Shown here piece by piece: positions 58,928 through 64,000 of a stretch of 64,000 nucleotides of DNA. The DNA is from Lingula anatina. Its lineage: Eukaryota > Animalia > Brachiopoda. Position 1 is the stretch's first letter. Each line of letters opens with the position of its first letter. The position numbers and the translations under genes were made by a program. Where the stretch lies: NCBI GenBank assembly GCA_051362555.1, contig CM120649.1:1054001-1118000 (forward strand), read 5' to 3'. The notes below the pieces were generated by a model, which saw only the letters and a list, made by a program, of their open reading frames with translations, did not search any database and was not told the DNA's origin.

Positions 58928-59141
58928 GACCCCATTCCCAGAGATTAGATCGATCCAACTAGATCGACCTAACTCCCTGGGGCTTCCCGCTAAATAGCTG
59001 TCAGCCGAGCGGGCACAAGAGTTAATTACCCCCTTACAGCTTGTAGTAGGCGGGACGGAAATTTAGGCCGGATTATCTGACAGTAATCTAGTGAGACTCC
59101 CCACGGGGATAGATTGATCTAAAATCTATGGGAATGTGCCC
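58928..59141. mobile_element. Palindromic MITE with TTA flanks; relatives at ~56160-56306, 3290-3450, 25620-25785, 41545-41712
   Basis: GACCCCATTCCCA..TAGATCGATC / GATTGATCTA..TGGGAATGTGCCC ends; shared TAATTACCCC core. Confidence 0.6.
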
Positions 59142-59314
59142 TTAGACACCAGTATGTACTGCATGGACAAAAAGTGCAGTTTGACAGGTGTTTTAAAAAT
59201 ACAAGATAATCACTAGACTACAATAAAATTATATAAAAAATGTATGCCTGTCTTTTTCGCCTTTCTCCTTTTCAAGTCACATACACACACATGCACACAT
59301 ATACACAAACATAT

Positions 59315-59355
<41 letters not shown>

Positions 59356-59399
59356 CATACTAGTACACATACGCATACATATACACAAACATATAAACA

Positions 59400-59567
59400 C
59401 AGGCCCAGGGCAGCAGGGGGGTTCTTTTTCTGAAAAAGTAGACCTTTGTCCATAAAAACTTCATGAACCTTCATCAAATTTTATCCAGAGTGGACCTTTT
59501 CCCACCAAAAGGGGCGTTTCTTTCGAACCCCCTGACCCCCCCTCCCCCCCACCCGGCTACGGGCCTG
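59400..59567. mobile_element. Short TIR element (CAGGCCC..GGGCCTG) inserted in a CA microsatellite
   Basis: Terminal inverted 7-mer; AAACA on both sides. Confidence 0.6.
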
Positions 59568-62500
59568 AAACACATACACACACACGCACACACACATTGT
59601 ACCCATTCACTGCCAGCTATTGGTCTTGATTACCTGTGACATCTACCACTTTGTACTGAAATTTGTAAAATGTGTGTATATGTGTGTGCGTGTGTGAGTG
59701 TGTGTGTGTGAATCCAAGAATAGTAAGACATTTGTGTAAAAGTATTGCAAATTTAGCTAAGGTCAAGTTGGAAGACAGAAAAGTCATAGGATCTTAATTA
59801 TTTGTGACTCACAGTCACCCGGGATTTCTCAGGTGGAACAAAGTGGTTATATAGATCATCTCAGCTGATTGAAAATTAGTTTGAACTCTCCTCTATCTTT
59901 CTGTTTATATCTGTCTGCTTATCCTAAGATCTTTGCAATCAAAATAAATATTGGGTCGTGTTGAGACTTTGTTGTTATTTATTTATTTTATTTATTAATT
60001 TTTTTTGAGAATTAATTTTGTAATAAAAGATCTATTTTAGAAGTCAATTTGTCTAAACAGTAGTACTAGTAAAAATATAGATCCTGAAGAACCCTGTGTG
60101 TATCACAAGATTATGGGGGGGGGTTGTATTAGAATGGGTCAGTGAAGAGGAATGTATGTAGCTAAATGACTGTCACTTCACGTGATAAAATCTAACTATT
60201 GATTTCACTGCCACACACTATCATCCACGCCATGTGACGTTTTCTCAGGTCTTTCATGTTGTCCCCTGGGATAGGTCGTTAATCACTTACCACCCAAGAA
60301 AATGATTGTATTTCTTCCGTTTTTGGTCTTCAAAAGAACAACATGGTGGCCTGAATCAATCATCAATTTTTTTTTTTTGATGAACTTGCTGTTGCTTGTT
60401 ATCCTTCTTCATGATTCATAAATCAATTTTGACATTTTTCTTTGTGCAAGTGCAGCATAATACAGCTTTTTTCATAGAAATAAAAAAGTCAAATTTAACA
60501 ATTTCAAATACTTAAGAAATTACCTGTGAAGCACAAAAAAGTGTAAAATAAACCAACTGCAACTTGCGCCCTGAATTACATATCATCTTATTACTGCTAT
60601 CACCCTGATTTTCTAGTTAGGACTGGAATCTCACAGCTCTACTCTCAATATACATCTCTGTTGTAAAAAATCACACTATCATAGTCAAGTTTTGTATTTG
60701 TACAGAGCTTTCAGATGAGCTGCATGGTTGAATGAAACCACTGGTGCGACTAGTAGCTAGTAGTATATAGTGAATAGAGAAGAAGACGTGACATAGTAGT
60801 GATAGTTGTGAGTCATGTTTATTTGCCTCTTGATCTCTAGGAAAAGGTTACTGTAATATTATTAGATCAATATTATGACATATGATCTTAGATCAGAAGT
60901 ACAACATGGCCAGAGTAGGGACTGATAGCACAGAGCCAACATATCTAGTTGGGGCTGGGAATCTTCATTTTAATTATTTTTGTGCTAATAATTAAGAATT
61001 ATGAAGAAAAAAGCTCACAGTCTTTTTGAAGAAATACCTAAAGTTTTGTCTTTAAATGTACAAAAATTAATTAAATTAAAAAGTGATTTACATGCTACTG
61101 CTGATTAATTAACAACATTATTATTATTATTATTTTACCAAGAATGGTAGTCAGGAAAAGGATTAATGACCAGTAGATTGTAGACAGTGGGAATGGAAAA
61201 GACAACTTAAAAAAAAAGACAACAGGAAAAGGAAGATAATTGATGTGTCAGTTAAAATGGATGCCTAGTGAATCATCTGGAGTGATGGATCCTTTCTATT
61301 ATAGAACAGATAGTAAATCAAGGATTTCTGGAGGATTTTGATGTCTTTGTTGCTACTGTATTTTTCCTTGTCTTTTATTGATATGACTGATTTTTGAGGA
61401 GTTTTGTAACACTAATTTGATAATAAAAAAATGATTTTTATTTTTAATTATTAAATTTGGTAAGAATTTTCTAATTTTTCTCTTCATGTTTATACAGTTT
61501 GCAAAAATAATGAAAAAAAAAATTACTTTTTTATGAAACATAATTGGAGAAATGGAGCTTTTCTGTCTACCATTTTACTGCCTAATTTACTTAATATAAA
61601 CAATTCATGTTATCACTGGCAAATTGTTATGTTTTATAAACATATTTGGTCATCATTATCATTATCAAGTAATTGTGTTTGTTGGTAACTTGAGACAAAT
61701 TTGTCATAGAAATGCCAATTACACCTTTTGGGGAAATATAATTGTTTATCCTTGGCTTGGCAGAGTGATCGGCTTCTTTTGAAGAAGATTAAGACTAAAC
61801 ACAAATGGTTTTTGTTCCATTAAAGAGAACAGACATTCACCTCAGTTGGTTTTTGTCAACAATTTAGCTAATAATTGCAAACTACGTGACTAGTTAAACA
61901 ATTAGCTTGCTAATGTAAAATAATCGTTTTGCGATCACTCAGTAATGTTAGACACTTATTTACTTGCCCCACCCCTATGCAAAAACCTGAATCGGTCACA
62001 CTTTAAAAAAAGTTCATCTTAAGGAGAAAAATTGATTGACCTCTGCCCAAAGACATCTGTATTCCATTGCAGGCACTGGGGGCCTGAAATAACAAATTTA
62101 AGTAAAGATAAGAGGTGGACTTTCTCCTTTCCCTGGATGAGGTACTGCAACTTTCCCGCACCCAGCAGTGTTTTGTCAAAGACATTTGACATTGACTACG
62201 AGAATTTAAACACATGTAAATTAAATATTTAATTAAATGTCTAATTATATATTTTGAGGTTTAAAAGTTTAGAAAACTGTTAATACCCAATAATTATTGA
62301 CAGAATAGAAAAAAAATCATAAAACTAGTTTTTATAGCAAGAACTGTTGGGGTAGAAAAAAAAATCGCCAGGATAAAAAAGTATCAGAAAATTGGTAAAC
62401 CCTAGTTTGTAATAATTGACAAGGTAAAAAAAAAGTACCATTAAATTATTCATAAATAGTAGTAAATTCATAGAAAAACTATTAAACTCAAGTAATAATT

Positions 62501-63655
62501 TCCAGGATAAAAAGTTTATGTTATGAAAGTGTTGTACTGGTAATGATTATTGGAGGGTGGGGGTGGGGGGGGGAGAATCATAAAACAGTAATTTTCTATG
62601 AGTACTTGTCACAGAAGAGGAAGCATGTAACAGATCTGCAGCCTGCTGAAGGCAGAAGCAAAGGACAGTAAATCTCTCAGTTTCAGAGATCTGACAGATA
62701 ATATAATTGAGGAAGACCACTGGCTGTAGTCTGATATCTGAGAGATTTTGTTTCCACATTTTATTAAAGACATATCGGGTCAAGTTCCCTTCTAAGATTT
62801 ATTAGAGGTCATTTAAGGAATGGCACCTAGGCATTTTGTTCTCTTGGATGGAACTGGGGTAAGATAAGACCAATATAGGACTGATAGGTCTGTAATTGTG
62901 TGTGTGTGTGGGGGGGGGGGGGGGGGGGGGTGCACAGTATTAAGTGGGCTTGTATTCATGCTTCTTTATAAACCTAAAGCAGTGGATAAGAAAAAGGCAT
63001 TTTTTACCAACATAGTATTCAGAAAGTATGTACAAGTAATCTTGAGATTTAAGATGTTATTGAGTTATATTGCCTTAAGACAAGCTCTTTCTTTTCTTCT
63101 TCTGTGTCCTTCTCCTGGTTTGGAAGCACGCATACATGCATGCACAAACTAACACGGACACATACACACACATGCAGGCACACATACTCGGCTAGAAGTC
63201 TGAAATCAAGAACAGTTCACCTAGTGGGCAATGTGAATCATGGTTTTGCAGCTATTGTTATAATACAGATGCAAGCCAATCCCTGAGGCTAGTATCACCT
63301 ATCACTATAAATGTCACAGTTTAATAAAATGTGATCTATTTTAGGAGGTCCACTTTGTTATCTGGGGTTAAAGGAGAGCGAGCTGTTTAGATTTCAATTG
63401 ATTTTCTACTTTTATCTTTTATTGGGGGAATTGGATTTGGGGTGAGATTGAGTTTTATCTTTGAATCACTGAATGCTTGAAAATCTACTTTAAAATTTAT
63501 GGTATTTTTTTTCGCTGTTATGTACCTCTAACTTCCTTTTTTATTAACATTTTACTTTTTTGTCATCCCTCTCTTCTTCATCCGTCTTGTTCATGATTCA
63601 TGCATACAAGATGGATCCTCATCCCATCATATTACCTCTGTCCTCTCCCCATCAG

Positions 63656-63822
63656 ATCATGACCATTCCCATACCAAACTTCAAATTATCCTCGGTGTCT
63701 CCCTTAAATCAACCAGGATCATCTCGGGAGGGCATTCCATAGTAAATACCGCAGACATCATGTTCTCATACACCACTGTGGAGCCTACTGTCACTGGAGG
63801 AGCACACAGAGAGAGAAACTCT

Positions 63823-63824
<2 letters not shown>
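63656..63824 (+). other. Possible exon of the divergent plus-strand transcript
   Basis: tcctctccccatcag acceptor, GG|GTAAAT donor, one open frame; no recognisable domain. Confidence 0.3.
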
Positions 63825-63828
<4 letters not shown>

Positions 63829-63888
<60 letters not shown>

Positions 63889-63905
63889 ATATATATATAT
63901 ATATA
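63829..63905. repeat. (TA)n microsatellite
   Basis: Direct reading. Confidence 0.95.
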
Positions 63906-64000
63906 ATAAAATATAGTGGTGTAGGTTTTACCCAGTATATACGAGCTGGGAAAATTATTTGCGAGCTGAAAAAATTAGTGGCAAATTTCAAGATATGAGA

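Noticed and set aside
52300-63550. Many 60-97 aa ORFs
   Set aside because: AT-rich, low-complexity, no motifs or consistent exon chain; treated as intron or intergenic DNA.

Overview
AT-rich animal genomic DNA. The repeat types and the intronless TRIM-NHL expansion suggest a mollusc-like invertebrate (inference). Most of the window is one minus-strand, 25-coding-exon HLTF/Rad5-family gene (HIRAN, SNF2 ATPase, RING, HELICc; ATG 51138, stop 5390-5392; my joined exons total 5067 nt, 1688 aa). The gene is interleaved with a tandem segmental duplication. Each unit carries the 3' two-thirds of HLTF plus an antisense, intronless RING-B-box-B-box-coiled-coil-NHL TRIM gene nested in intron 14 (copies at <1-764, 21138-23090, 37183-39138). 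The promoter-proximal HLTF copy lacks exons 15-21 and the next copy lacks exons 1-8, so a full-length mRNA must be spliced across two units. In exons 15-21 and 22', splice junctions are repeatedly amplified into tandem repeats, including a ladder of in-frame donor sites. The TRIM paralogs differ mainly in NHL surface loops while their flanks are homogenised. Also present: a candidate bidirectional promoter at ~52.2 kb, Helentron/HINE-like elements with internal satellites, PIF/Harbinger MITEs, and an inverted pair of decayed coding fragments flanking HLTF exons 3-5. All exon calls were made by eye and are not transcript-validated.
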